64,000 nucleotides of DNA from Gammaproteobacteria bacterium (GTDB taxonomy: Bacteria > Pseudomonadota > Gammaproteobacteria > Tethybacterales > Persebacteraceae). Positions 1-9,417 of the stretch are shown in pieces. The DNA is taken from NCBI GenBank assembly GCA_965243565.1, contig OZ251571.1, positions 1,096,704 to 1,160,703 on the forward strand, written 5' to 3'. Numbering within the stretch: position 1 is the stretch's first letter; every line of letters begins with the position of its first letter. The notes below the pieces were generated by a model. The model saw nothing but the letters and a program-made list of their open reading frames with translations. It ran no database searches and was not told the DNA's origin. The position numbers and the translations under genes were made by a program.

Positions 1-239
1 GCTGCACTTAGCGTCTAACAAGTCGGTCAAATTCACTATACGGTATGGCAAGCAACAGCACTATCGTTTGCCATTGATATTTTTAGCTGGGAATACTTCT
101 TGGCGACACCACTCATTAAAGCCACCTCTGTTCGGCAGCAAGTATCGCAAAATATTCATTATTTTTAAAAATAATATGAATATATCGTATGACATTTATG
201 TATAATGAAATGCATATATATAAAGGAGGAGTGTATTAT

Positions 240-1991
240 ATGAACAATCTAAACATACCAGTATCTGAAAGTGGTTTTTACGAAGGGTTTTGTAAAGCGA
301 CTGTCTTATTTTCAAAATTTTTGGTAGCCATCATTGTAATTTGGGCAGTCGTTGCCCCTGAGCAAGCAGGTGCCATTTTGTCGAGCATGAAAACATGGTC
401 TTTTCAAAATTTAAATACCTACTACATTTATGCAGTGGCATTTTATATTATCGTTTGCCTGACAATTGCCATAGTTCCAAAATATGGAAAAATAAAACTC
501 GGCGATCGCGATGGCGTACCCGAATTTTCTAATTTCTCATGGTTTTCTATGATGTTTGGTGCAGGTATTGGAATTGGAATGCTAGGTTATGCTGCGGCAG
601 AACCTATTTGGCATTTAGCCAACAATCCAGACATCATAATGAGCAAAGAGGCCATACGCGCCGCCTTTTCTAGCAATAGTATTGCTCTCGCTAGTGATGC
701 CGATGTATTTGCCGCCTACGATGCACAAGTCGCTGTTGGTGCTCTACAACCCATTGCCGACTTAGCCTATCCCAAAACAGAATCAGCACTAGATGGTGTC
801 TATCGCTATACTTTTCTGCATTGGGGACTTGGTGCTTGGGCGTGTTACGCTCTCGTTGGTATTGCCTTATCTTATTATGCTTATGCCAAAGGCTTACCTT
901 TGACAATTCGCTCTTCGTTAGCTCCTTTGTTGGGCAAACGATTAGAAGGCACTATTGGGCATATCATTGACATTTCCGCCGTTATCGCTACCATTCTTGG
1001 TATTTCACAAACCATTGGTCTAGGGCTTAGTTCTCTTGCCTCTGGTCTTCATAATATCACTGGTATTGATGCATTGATGACCGCAGGAGAAAATCCTGAA
1101 CCAAGCACTTGGGCATTGCTATTTTGCTTATTTATCGTGATGATACTCTCAACGCTATCGGCATTATCTGGTGTTGGTAAAGGCATAAAATGGTTAAGTA
1201 ATATAAATATGGTATTGTCATTTACATTATTGGCATTCTTCTTTCTTTTTGGCTCTACATTTTTTGTATTACAAATGTTAGGTCTCGGCATATTCAATTA
1301 CCTTGCCAACCTACCCGCCATGACTTTTGTCGTGTGGGACCCGTCAAGTGACCTTGGCGGCTGGCAAACAGGCTGGTCGGTATTTTACTGGGCGTGGTGG
1401 ATTGCCTTTGCTCCTTTTGTGGGTATCTTCTTAGCACGCATTTCAAGAAACAGAACCATTCGTGAATTTGTCATTGGAGCAACAATCGCCCCTGCATTCA
1501 TGTGCTTTGTTTGGTTTGCCTTTGTTGGCGGCACCGCCATTGACTTAGAATTAAGCGGAGCAGCAGAAGGCACTATTTTTAGTGCGAGCCTAACTTACCA
1601 ACTTTACGCTGTGATTAATGTCATGCTATCAAGTGGTCTTGCTCAATTAATGTCTGTAATGATTGTTATTCTGCTGTTGACCTATTTGGTAACTTCCGCT
1701 GACTCTGCTGTATTGGTTATAAACACCATTAATGCAGGCGGTAGCGAGACCCCACCAGCAAACAACAAGCACATTATAATTTGGGGGCTTATTCTCACTG
1801 CCGTTATTGGCGCATTAATTTTAGCCGGTGGCGGTGGATTAGGCTCCATACAATCAGCGATGATAGTAGGTGCTATACCATTCTCATTCATTATGATTTT
1901 GATGGGTATTTGTCTAATTATGGCACTCAACAAGCATGAAGATGAACCAGCTGCAACGGACGAACCAGCTGTAGCGGAACCGCAAGCATAA
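240..1991 (+). CDS. BCCT family (betaine/carnitine/choline) transporter
   Basis: Multi-TM protein with SMMFGAGIGIG and WSVFYWAWWIAFAPF BCCT signatures. Start moved from 189 to ATG 240, which follows an AAAGGAGG RBS at 222-229. Confidence 0.93.
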   Translation: MNNLNIPVSESGFYEGFCKATVLFSKFLVAIIVIWAVVAPEQAGAILSSMKTWSFQNLNTYYIYAVAFYIIVCLTIAIVPKYGKIKLGDRDGVPEFSNFSWFSMMFGAGIGIGMLGYAAAEPIWHLANNPDIIMSKEAIRAAFSSNSIALASDADVFAAYDAQVAVGALQPIADLAYPKTESALDGVYRYTFLHWGLGAWACYALVGIALSYYAYAKGLPLTIRSSLAPLLGKRLEGTIGHIIDISAVIATILGISQTIGLGLSSLASGLHNITGIDALMTAGENPEPSTWALLFCLFIVMILSTLSALSGVGKGIKWLSNINMVLSFTLLAFFFLFGSTFFVLQMLGLGIFNYLANLPAMTFVVWDPSSDLGGWQTGWSVFYWAWWIAFAPFVGIFLARISRNRTIREFVIGATIAPAFMCFVWFAFVGGTAIDLELSGAAEGTIFSASLTYQLYAVINVMLSSGLAQLMSVMIVILLLTYLVTSADSAVLVINTINAGGSETPPANNKHIIIWGLILTAVIGALILAGGGGLGSIQSAMIVGAIPFSFIMILMGICLIMALNKHEDEPAATDEPAVAEPQA

Positions 1992-2003
1992 CTTCTAGTA
2001 TCT

Positions 2004-2038
2004 AAAAAAAAGGGGAGGCAAATGCCTCCCTTTTTTTT
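2004..2038. terminator. Bidirectional intrinsic terminator
   Basis: A8-GGGGAGGC-AAAT-GCCTCCC-T8 hairpin 12 bp after the BCCT stop. Confidence 0.85.
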
Positions 2039-2225
2039 ATGTCCCATTTTTTGATACTATATGGTCATTCCCCGACAGGGTGGTACATCTAAAACAAGGG
2101 AACAAACCATTAGGAGAGATAAAAGATGACTATACAAAAATTCAAAGAGATATTCTAGATAATTATCTTTGGAGAGAAAAAATAAACGGGGGAAAAGTTA
2201 ATGAGTAAAGAATCTAAAAGAAATA

Positions 2226-2331
2226 TATACCCGCTACACTGACGGGTAAAAAATATTCATAGATTAAAATTTATTATTTATTGAGGCTTACTGCGTTTAG
2301 ATTTACTATAAGTTTTTTTACGGCGGCTGTT
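2226..2331. repeat. 106-bp direct repeat, copy 1 (duplicate of deaD 3' end and downstream sequence)
   Basis: Matches 4177-4282 with 3 mismatches and no indels (offset 1951). Contains the TACCCG-N9-CGGGTA inverted repeat. Confidence 0.95.
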
Positions 2332-2342
2332 GGTATCACTGA

Positions 2343-2531
2343 CAGTGGACAACGATACAACGTTTATGCTTGGCAATGAATCAATTTAGTCAATCTAACC
2401 AATCCAATCAGTCTAATCAATTGCTTGTTTCGGTTGATGTTGACGGTATATGTTTAGCGGCAAATGTTGTTAATGGTGCTGTTTGTGACCCAACGGCAGA
2501 GCGTATGCGTGCGGCTATTAATAGAGTTTAA
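2343..2531 (+). pseudogene. 3' fragment of a GcvT/dimethylglycine-dehydrogenase-family gene
   Basis: Frame ends ...LLVSVDVDGICLAANVVNGAVCDPTAERMRAAINRV*, resembling the ..V...V.DP..ER(L/M)RA C-terminus of GcvT-fold oxidoreductases. The 5' part is absent and replaced by the repeat. Confidence 0.5.
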
Positions 2532-2566
2532 AATAATTTAAAAAAATTAGAAATGAGGTTGTATAG

Positions 2567-3880
2567 ATGAGTTCACATGTTTTCCCACGTATAGGTTGCG
2601 AATCATTGCCCCACGTCGTGGGCGGTGATGGTATTTACCTTATCGATGCCGACGGCAAACGCTACCTTGATGGTAGCAGTGGTGCGGCGGTATCTTGTCT
2701 TGGTCATTCTAACGCTGCTGTTGCTGATGCTATTGCCAGTCAAGTACAGCAGATTGCTTACGCACACACGAGTTTTTTCACGTCAGCAGCAGCAGAGGAG
2801 TTGGCAGCACTACTGACAGATGCCGCCCCAAAAAGCTTGAATCGTGCTTATTTTGTTAGTGGCGGTTCCGAAGCCGTCGAGGCGGCGATTAAACTTGCCC
2901 GTCAATACCATGTTGCCAACGGTGAGCCCACGCGCACACACATTATTGGTCGGAAACAAAGCTATCATGGCAATACGTTGGGTGCGCTTGCAGTCGGTGG
3001 TAATTTATTGCGGCGGTCGATGTTTGAACCGTTGTTGTTTGCAAACTCCCATCATATTGCTGCGTGTCACTATTGGCGTTGGGGTGGTGAGGAAACACCA
3101 GAGGAATACGGCAAGCGTGTTGCGTATGAGCTTGAAGAAAAAATATTGCAATTAGGGGCAAAAAATGTAGCTGCCTTTATTGCCGAAACCGTCGTTGGGG
3201 CGACGATGGGTGCTGTTGTAGCTGCACCGGGGTATTTTCAGCATGTGCGCGATATTTGTAATCGTTACGGTGTGTTGTTGATTCTCGATGAAGTCATGTG
3301 CGGTATAGGGCGTACTGGAGTGATGTTTGCTTGCGAAAGTGAGGGCATTGCCCCCGATATTATCTGTGTTGCCAAAGGGTTGGGAGCGGGTATGCAGCCG
3401 TTGGGTGCGATGTTGTGTAGTGAGCAACTCTACCGCACGGTTACAGCTGCGGGCGGATTTCAGCATAGTCATACTTATACTGGTCATATCACGGCTTGTG
3501 CGGCGGGTGTGGCGGTACTAAAAGAATTACAAAAACAGCATTTGGTTGATAACGCCCGCATACGTGGTACGCAGCTTGCCTCTGCCCTCCGCCACCGTTT
3601 TGGAGACCACGCACATGTTGGCGATATTCGTGGGCGGGGTTTGTTTTTGGGGATGGAGTTTATCGACCATGATAAAACACCATTTGACCCGAGCTTACGC
3701 ATATATGCAAAAATCAAGCAAGCGGCATTTGAAAAAGGTCTGCTTGTTTATGCGATGGGGGGCACAATCGACGGGCATCAGGGGGATCATTTGTTAATTG
3801 CCCCACCGTATATCATCACAGAAGAACAAATAACCGAGCTTGTTGATCGTCTTGCGGCAGCGTTGGATGAAGTTTTTTAG
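2567..3880 (+). CDS. Class-III PLP-dependent aminotransferase
   Basis: LDGSSGAAVSCLGH, SYHGNTLG and LILDEVMCGIGRTG...PDIICVAKGL (PLP lysine) motifs. Confidence 0.93.
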   Translation: MSSHVFPRIGCESLPHVVGGDGIYLIDADGKRYLDGSSGAAVSCLGHSNAAVADAIASQVQQIAYAHTSFFTSAAAEELAALLTDAAPKSLNRAYFVSGGSEAVEAAIKLARQYHVANGEPTRTHIIGRKQSYHGNTLGALAVGGNLLRRSMFEPLLFANSHHIAACHYWRWGGEETPEEYGKRVAYELEEKILQLGAKNVAAFIAETVVGATMGAVVAAPGYFQHVRDICNRYGVLLILDEVMCGIGRTGVMFACESEGIAPDIICVAKGLGAGMQPLGAMLCSEQLYRTVTAAGGFQHSHTYTGHITACAAGVAVLKELQKQHLVDNARIRGTQLASALRHRFGDHAHVGDIRGRGLFLGMEFIDHDKTPFDPSLRIYAKIKQAAFEKGLLVYAMGGTIDGHQGDHLLIAPPYIITEEQITELVDRLAAALDEVF

Positions 3881-3958
3881 GTGTTTTATTCGCTTATAAC
3901 GGAGCTATTAACGGGTTATAAATAGTTAATGACTGAACCCAAGTATTAAGGAGAGTGG

Positions 3959-4174
3959 TTAATACTGGTTTTTAATATTTAAAGCTGCTACCACCTCCGT
4001 AACACGCTCAGCGTTGTCAGCGGCGATATCACCATTTGGATACCAAAGGTTGTTTTCAAAACCAACGCGACAATCGCCACCGACAGCAGTGGCTGCTAAT
4101 AAGCAGGCTGTTTCTTCACATCCGAATGCACAAACCATGAATTGAGCAGAGTGTTCGGGTAGAGTAGTTGGTTT
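3959..4174 (-). pseudogene. 3' fragment of a 3-keto-5-aminohexanoate cleavage enzyme (BKACE/DUF849) gene
   Basis: Translates FMVCAFGCEETACLLAATAVGGDCRVGFENNLWYPNGDIAADNAERV...*, the typical BKACE C-terminus (G.RVGFENN). Only 71 codons remain; the N-terminus is cut at the repeat. Confidence 0.75.
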
Positions 4175-4176
4175 GG

Positions 4177-4282
4177 TATACCCGCTACACTGACGGGTAA
4201 AAAATCTTCATAGATTAAAGTCTATTATTTATTGAGGCTTACTGCGTTTAGATTTACTATAAGTTTTTTTACGGCGGCTGTT
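4177..4282. repeat. 106-bp direct repeat, copy 2 (native deaD 3' end)
   Basis: Pairs with 2226-2331 and overlaps the last 17 codons and stop of deaD. Confidence 0.95.
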
Positions 4283-5719
4283 ATTATTGTTGTCATCGTG
4301 ATTATTATCACGCCGACTTTTTTCACCTCTACTTTTATCTTGGCTATCGTTTTTCTTGTTACCATCTTGCGTCTCTTCGCTCTTATGTTTTTTTTCATGG
4401 ATTGCGAATATAGGTTTTTTTTGATGCAAAGCCGTTACTAGTGCCACTGCTATATGCTGCCAATCTGCCTCGGTTTCTCGTTGTAAATCGCTGATAAGCA
4501 TTGCAATTTTTTGATCGATGGGTTGCTGCATTAAAGTCTGAATTTCCTGCTTAAAGCGGTCAATCTGCTGTTCTTTTACCTGTTGATTAGAAGGTAAGTT
4601 GATAGGTTCAATTATTTGCTTGGTATGGTTTTCAATGGCGCGTAATAAACGGCGTTCGCGCGGTGCTACAAACAAAATAGCCCGACCTGCTCTGCCAGCC
4701 CGACCTGTTCTGCCAATGCGGTGAATATAGACATCGCTGTCGTAAGGCATATCAAAATTAAAAATGTGACTAACGCGAGCGACATCAATACCACGCGCTA
4801 CAACATCGGTAGCCACTAAAATATCAATCTTGCCGTTACGCAATTTCTCTACGGTTTTTTCGCGCAATGATTGATTCATATCGCCATTAATTGCGGCAGC
4901 GTTAAGACCTCTGGCTATCAGCTTATCGGCAACTTCTACGGTACTATTTTTGGTGCGAACAAAAACAACGATGCCATCGGACACCTCACTATCAACAATA
5001 CGACATAAAGCTTCAATTTTACTAGTACCTTGAACCAACCAAAACGATTGTTTAATTGTAGATACCGTTTTGGTTTCAGATTTAATGGCAATATGTTGCG
5101 GTGATTGCATGTAGTTTTCTGCAATTTTACGTATTGGTGCGGGCATAGTAGCTGAAAACAACGCAGTTTGTCGGTCTTCTGGAGTGTGCTCTAGTATCCA
5201 TTCCACATCGTCAATAAAGCCCATGCGCAGCATCTCATCAGCTTCATCTAAAACAATAGTATTTAACAAATGTAACTTTAATGTATTACGGCGCAAGTGG
5301 TCCAGAACCCGTCCGGGAGTACCTACCACAATATGCACGCCTTTTTTAAGCTGACGTAACTGAGTATCCATACCTTGTCCACCATATACAGGCAGTATCT
5401 TTACATCGCGCATAAATGTAGCATACGATTGTAGCGCGGTAGCTACTTGAATGGCTAATTCACGGGTAGGGGCTAGTATTAATGCTTGCGGAGATCTATC
5501 TTTAACAGACAGTTGCTCTAAAAGTGGCAAGGCAAATGCTGCCGTTTTTCCGGTACCTGTTTGGGCGGTGGCAACTATATCTTTGCCCTGTAACATTTCA
5601 GGAATACAGGCAGTTTGAATAGGCGTGGGCTCTTCGTAGCCAACCTCTGTTAAGGCTTGCTCCAATGGCTTGGATAGATTGAACTGATTGAACCCAGTGG
5701 GTTTATTAGGTAAGGACAT
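4229..5719 (-). CDS. deaD: DEAD-box RNA helicase (DeaD/CsdA-like)
   Basis: Q motif, TGTGKT, PTRELA, DEAD, SAT, ARGID and HRIGRTGRAG motifs; basic low-complexity tail. Confidence 0.9.
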   Translation of the reverse strand: MSLPNKPTGFNQFNLSKPLEQALTEVGYEEPTPIQTACIPEMLQGKDIVATAQTGTGKTAAFALPLLEQLSVKDRSPQALILAPTRELAIQVATALQSYATFMRDVKILPVYGGQGMDTQLRQLKKGVHIVVGTPGRVLDHLRRNTLKLHLLNTIVLDEADEMLRMGFIDDVEWILEHTPEDRQTALFSATMPAPIRKIAENYMQSPQHIAIKSETKTVSTIKQSFWLVQGTSKIEALCRIVDSEVSDGIVVFVRTKNSTVEVADKLIARGLNAAAINGDMNQSLREKTVEKLRNGKIDILVATDVVARGIDVARVSHIFNFDMPYDSDVYIHRIGRTGRAGRAGRAILFVAPRERRLLRAIENHTKQIIEPINLPSNQQVKEQQIDRFKQEIQTLMQQPIDQKIAMLISDLQRETEADWQHIAVALVTALHQKKPIFAIHEKKHKSEETQDGNKKNDSQDKSRGEKSRRDNNHDDNNNNSRRKKTYSKSKRSKPQ

Positions 5720-5911
5720 GGAATATCTTTAAGATAGTGAGTTAATAATGGTTGATTGGGCGTTAAAATAATACAGAAAGTAATAGAAATTATTATGGTT
5801 GAATAATAACAAAATAAGCAAACTATTTATTAGTCTGTATTTTAGTATCTCCTCTTTCTTACCCCAACCCAGTATTATAACGCACCAAACTCTAGCAAAT
5901 GTATCTGATAA

Positions 5912-7177
5912 TCAATTTTCTTGGGTAATATCCTTTAATATATTTTTTGTGCTTTCTTCTGGTTTAGCAACATCAAAAGGATAGCAAGATATTTTTAATT
6001 TGGCGTCGTCTTCGCAGACGTCATTAAAAGTAAAATGAATTGATTTTTCAAAATTTTCATTTTTAGGATAAATTAAAGCCACTCGTTCACAATTATACAG
6101 TTTGCCATAACTGTATAACTGATACATATCGCCTTGACTTATTCCGTATTTATCGTCGTTTTTATCTGTTCGTTTCCATTTAGTATCTAAAATATAAATG
6201 GGGGTTTTTGATTTATCGCATAAAGTAATATCGGGCTTCATTGTGAATATTTCTTCATTATTATCTTGTTGCGTTACCATTTTTTTTTCTGGTGATTGAG
6301 AGTGAACAGTAAGATTTTTTGCACATTGGCGAAAGTGGTGAGTGACAAAATCTTCAAATACTTCTTGCATTGGAAATACCAGTGCTTTATTATGATGTTT
6401 ACCTTGGTAGGTAACCAAGCCATAGCCAAATAAAAATAACTCTACCCACTGCATTGTTTTTTCATAATGTCTCATTGTGCGGTCTGCACGGTGGCGAGTA
6501 TATTCTTGCCAGTCATGATGTACGTTTAATGAATGTGATATGCCGTCAAAATGATTAATTAATTGTCGCCGTAAGCGTTGGTCTTTTTTATCTTTGCAGG
6601 AGATTTTTTGTAGCGCTTTAACAATTAAACGATTTGCCGCATGGTTGGGTGAATGTTGATCATATTGCACATAAAATTGGGCTTTATTAGTGGCGTTTAT
6701 AACGGCATGTTGTGGAAATAATAACCGCCCTTTTAGATAAGGCAGATTGTCTTCACGTGTTTGATATTGGCTGACAATTCCACGCTTAACCAATTCTAAT
6801 GTTTGTTTTAAAAATAAATGAATAAACACTTCCCACATAGGAAATTTTTTATATTTTTCTATATCGGCTTCATTTAATATATAAAATTTATTAGCACGCC
6901 AATGCTTCAGCATTTGAAAAAATATTTTTTTCTCTTCTTCTATATCTCCTTCTATTAGTGGTAGTTTGGGTAGTATTTCTATAATTGGGTCGTTCACATT
7001 ATCACCCAGTGCCAAAATGCCAACATAGTTTTGTGCTTTTATTCCCCCCTGATGTATTCGTAATGGTTGTAGTTTACTATCGTCTTGTGTTTTGTTTATC
7101 CACTCTATACCCCGCTTTAAAGAATCGCCTTTTAACTCAAGAGATTCATATTCTCTAACTGTTATTGTCTGTCTCAT
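5912..7177 (-). CDS. mcrC: McrC-family restriction nuclease subunit
   Basis: KPDITL...ILDTKWK PD-(D/E)xK motif and DMYQLYSY; lies directly downstream of mcrB. Start placed at ATG 7177, since the 7264 start overlaps mcrB. Confidence 0.88.
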   Translation of the reverse strand: MRQTITVREYESLELKGDSLKRGIEWINKTQDDSKLQPLRIHQGGIKAQNYVGILALGDNVNDPIIEILPKLPLIEGDIEEEKKIFFQMLKHWRANKFYILNEADIEKYKKFPMWEVFIHLFLKQTLELVKRGIVSQYQTREDNLPYLKGRLLFPQHAVINATNKAQFYVQYDQHSPNHAANRLIVKALQKISCKDKKDQRLRRQLINHFDGISHSLNVHHDWQEYTRHRADRTMRHYEKTMQWVELFLFGYGLVTYQGKHHNKALVFPMQEVFEDFVTHHFRQCAKNLTVHSQSPEKKMVTQQDNNEEIFTMKPDITLCDKSKTPIYILDTKWKRTDKNDDKYGISQGDMYQLYSYGKLYNCERVALIYPKNENFEKSIHFTFNDVCEDDAKLKISCYPFDVAKPEESTKNILKDITQEN

Positions 7178-7193
7178 TAGAAGCGTTGTTTTT

Positions 7194-8993
7194 CTATACT
7201 TCGTATATTTTTGTATAACTCTCTGGGTCGGTCCATTTGCTATCGTCAAATGGACAAATTTCAAAAGTACCTTTTTCTATAAAACCGTTATCATTTAATA
7301 CCTTTTGTATATTTTCTCTATCATCAAAAAAGTATTCTTGTAATAAGGGCATGATTTTTTGTTGAAAAGTATTTTTTAAATCCTCCATACTGGCAATCCC
7401 CATAAAATAAGTATGTCCAATTTGGTGTTCACGGTCATAAAATTTAGTAATTTCTTTATTTATAGCCGTTAATAATTCTGGTAATGAAACTTCTTTGTAT
7501 TTTTCGTTCTCTAATTTTTTGGCATCAGGCATCATCTCAATAAAAGTAAAACGTCGGCGTAATGCAGTGTCCAGCAGAGCAATAGAGCGGTCGGCGGTGT
7601 TCATTGTGCCGATGATATAAAGATTATCGGGTATGCCAAAATCTTCGTCAGAATACGGTAATGTTAATCTTAGACTCTCTTCTTTCCCTAATCGTTTAGA
7701 TTCTTCAATGAGTGTAATTAATTCACCGAAAATTTTAGAAATATTACCCCGATTAATCTCGTCTATGATTAATACATAATTTTTATCTTTATTTTTACCT
7801 GCTTGAGTGGCAATTCTCTTAAATATACCATCTTTCATTTTATAAGAGATATTTTCATTATCTAAAACAGGCTTAATTCCTTCAATAAAATCTTCATAAG
7901 CATAATTTTGATGAAAAGTAATCATCTCAATTTGCCCTGCTTTTTTTAATTCGTTAAAACGCTGCCGTAATACAGAGCGTTCGCCATGATTTTTTTTGCC
8001 GTCAATAATATTTAGGGCTTCTTCAATAGTAATATAAGTTTTCCCTGTTCCGGGAGGACCGTAAAAAATTTGATTTAAAGGGATACTGCTAGACTTATTA
8101 TTATTGACTTGAGATGAATCGTTATTATCACTTTCTCTCACTTCATCGGCATTATTATCATGAGAGGGTTTTTTAGATGTATCCCATTCGCTTTTTCTCT
8201 CTCCGTATTGTTTTTTAAAAGTAAATCTTTCTATGCCTTTCTTTTCATCTTCGGTTTCTATTGCTTTACGAATAATGTGTATTTTTTCGTCTAATGTATC
8301 ATTTTCAGATATTGATTTTTTAATATATTCTTGTTTAGTGTAATGATCAACTATCTTTTGTTTATTTCTTTTACTTATTATTGGTTCATATTTATCAGGA
8401 TAAATATAATAGCGAATAGCAGAGGTTATTCCATATAAATGCTTTTTTTCTTCATTATCACTACAATACTTCTCTATAAACTCTTTTAGATTGCTTTTAT
8501 TAGTTTTATCAGAAAAATTTTCTTTTAGTAAGCATTCAAATAATCCTACAATAAAACATATACTGTGATACTTGCCTGCTCCTTTGTATCCTTGCCCTGC
8601 CATAGATACACCTATTAATGCTAAAAATGAATTAATTGGTCCAGTTTCTTCTTCCCATCTTTGTAGCTGTTCTGTTTTTTTCTCTACACCAACCCCACCC
8701 GGTGATATTATTAAAAGATGGATAAATTCAGCGTGGAGAAATAGTAATTTTTCATTAACTGTGGAATCATTAAATTGCCAAGATAATTTTTCTTCAAAAC
8801 TATAGCTACTATCTGTATTTGGCGCATCAATAAATCTTTTTTTTATGCCCTCTATGTTTTCATTCGTAAAAACATTATCGCTTTTAGCAGTTGTAACAAA
8901 ATTCTGTTTTCCTAATAGGAATGTATCTTCAAAATTATTCCAGCATTTAATAAGTGCGTCATGTCTTTCTTTTAATGGTGCAATTTTTTCCAT
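7194..8993 (-). CDS. mcrB: McrB-family AAA+ GTPase
   Basis: GPPGTGKT, IIDEINRGN and MNTADRS...LRRRF (NxxD) motifs; unrecognised ~270-aa N-terminal domain. Confidence 0.92.
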   Translation of the reverse strand: MEKIAPLKERHDALIKCWNNFEDTFLLGKQNFVTTAKSDNVFTNENIEGIKKRFIDAPNTDSSYSFEEKLSWQFNDSTVNEKLLFLHAEFIHLLIISPGGVGVEKKTEQLQRWEEETGPINSFLALIGVSMAGQGYKGAGKYHSICFIVGLFECLLKENFSDKTNKSNLKEFIEKYCSDNEEKKHLYGITSAIRYYIYPDKYEPIISKRNKQKIVDHYTKQEYIKKSISENDTLDEKIHIIRKAIETEDEKKGIERFTFKKQYGERKSEWDTSKKPSHDNNADEVRESDNNDSSQVNNNKSSSIPLNQIFYGPPGTGKTYITIEEALNIIDGKKNHGERSVLRQRFNELKKAGQIEMITFHQNYAYEDFIEGIKPVLDNENISYKMKDGIFKRIATQAGKNKDKNYVLIIDEINRGNISKIFGELITLIEESKRLGKEESLRLTLPYSDEDFGIPDNLYIIGTMNTADRSIALLDTALRRRFTFIEMMPDAKKLENEKYKEVSLPELLTAINKEITKFYDREHQIGHTYFMGIASMEDLKNTFQQKIMPLLQEYFFDDRENIQKVLNDNGFIEKGTFEICPFDDSKWTDPESYTKIYEV

Positions 8994-9067
8994 AGTATCT
9001 TCCTTTTTTATTTAACTGCAACTTCAATAAAAACAAATTCGTATTCGTTATTATTAACGATATGGTA

Positions 9068-9139
9068 AGTTCTCATTATAAGTGCTTTAGCAGTCATTCC
9101 CGTAAAGACCTCAAACGGGGTGTTCCACCCCAGATATTT
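9068..9139 (-). mobile_element. IS30-family scar (transposase C-terminal fragment plus right-end-like sequence)
   Basis: 9092-9139 reads KYLGWNTPFEVFTGMT, like the IS30 C-terminal K.LG..TP.EVF motif, followed by GCACTTATAATGAGAACT. Confidence 0.5.
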
Positions 9140-9187
9140 TATAATATTATTCATTAACGGTATTTTATAAAGTATGCAGTACTAGGA

Positions 9188-9408
9188 CTAGGTACAGGTT
9201 TGTGATGAAACCACGGCAGAAAAACAATCCCCTTGAAGGGACCTTACCGTTAAACAAACACCATTGACCGCAATACTATCGCCTATAACAGTGCCCGTTA
9301 ACCAGTTTTGCGGACACCCAAAATACAGGTTTGGGCTGATCCTTCTACCTCTAACTCTACCCTTAGCTGCTGAATATTACCGACAGCAGTAAAGATGCCA
9401 GCAAACAC
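9188..9408 (-). pseudogene. ribE: Riboflavin synthase (alpha chain) pseudogene, 5' fragment
   Basis: GTG 9408 gives MFAGIFTAVGNIQQL. A shifted frame gives CPQNWLTGTVIGDSIAVNGVCLTV...VSSQTCT*, containing the GDSIAVNGVCLTV signature. Frameshift, premature TAG and missing 3' two-thirds. Confidence 0.82.
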
Positions 9409-9417
9409 AAGCGTAAA

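Noticed and set aside
2226-2253. TACCCG-N9-CGGGTA hairpin as the deaD terminator
   Set aside because: The T-run precedes the hairpin on the minus strand, so the geometry is not that of a canonical intrinsic terminator; kept only as an inverted repeat.
3894-3921. TTATAAC-N14-GTTATAA as an attC site
   Set aside because: Too short and lacks L boxes; more likely a hairpin between convergent genes.
5799-5984. 61-aa plus-strand ORF between deaD and mcrC
   Set aside because: It overlaps mcrC antisense, has no motif and is AT-rich background.
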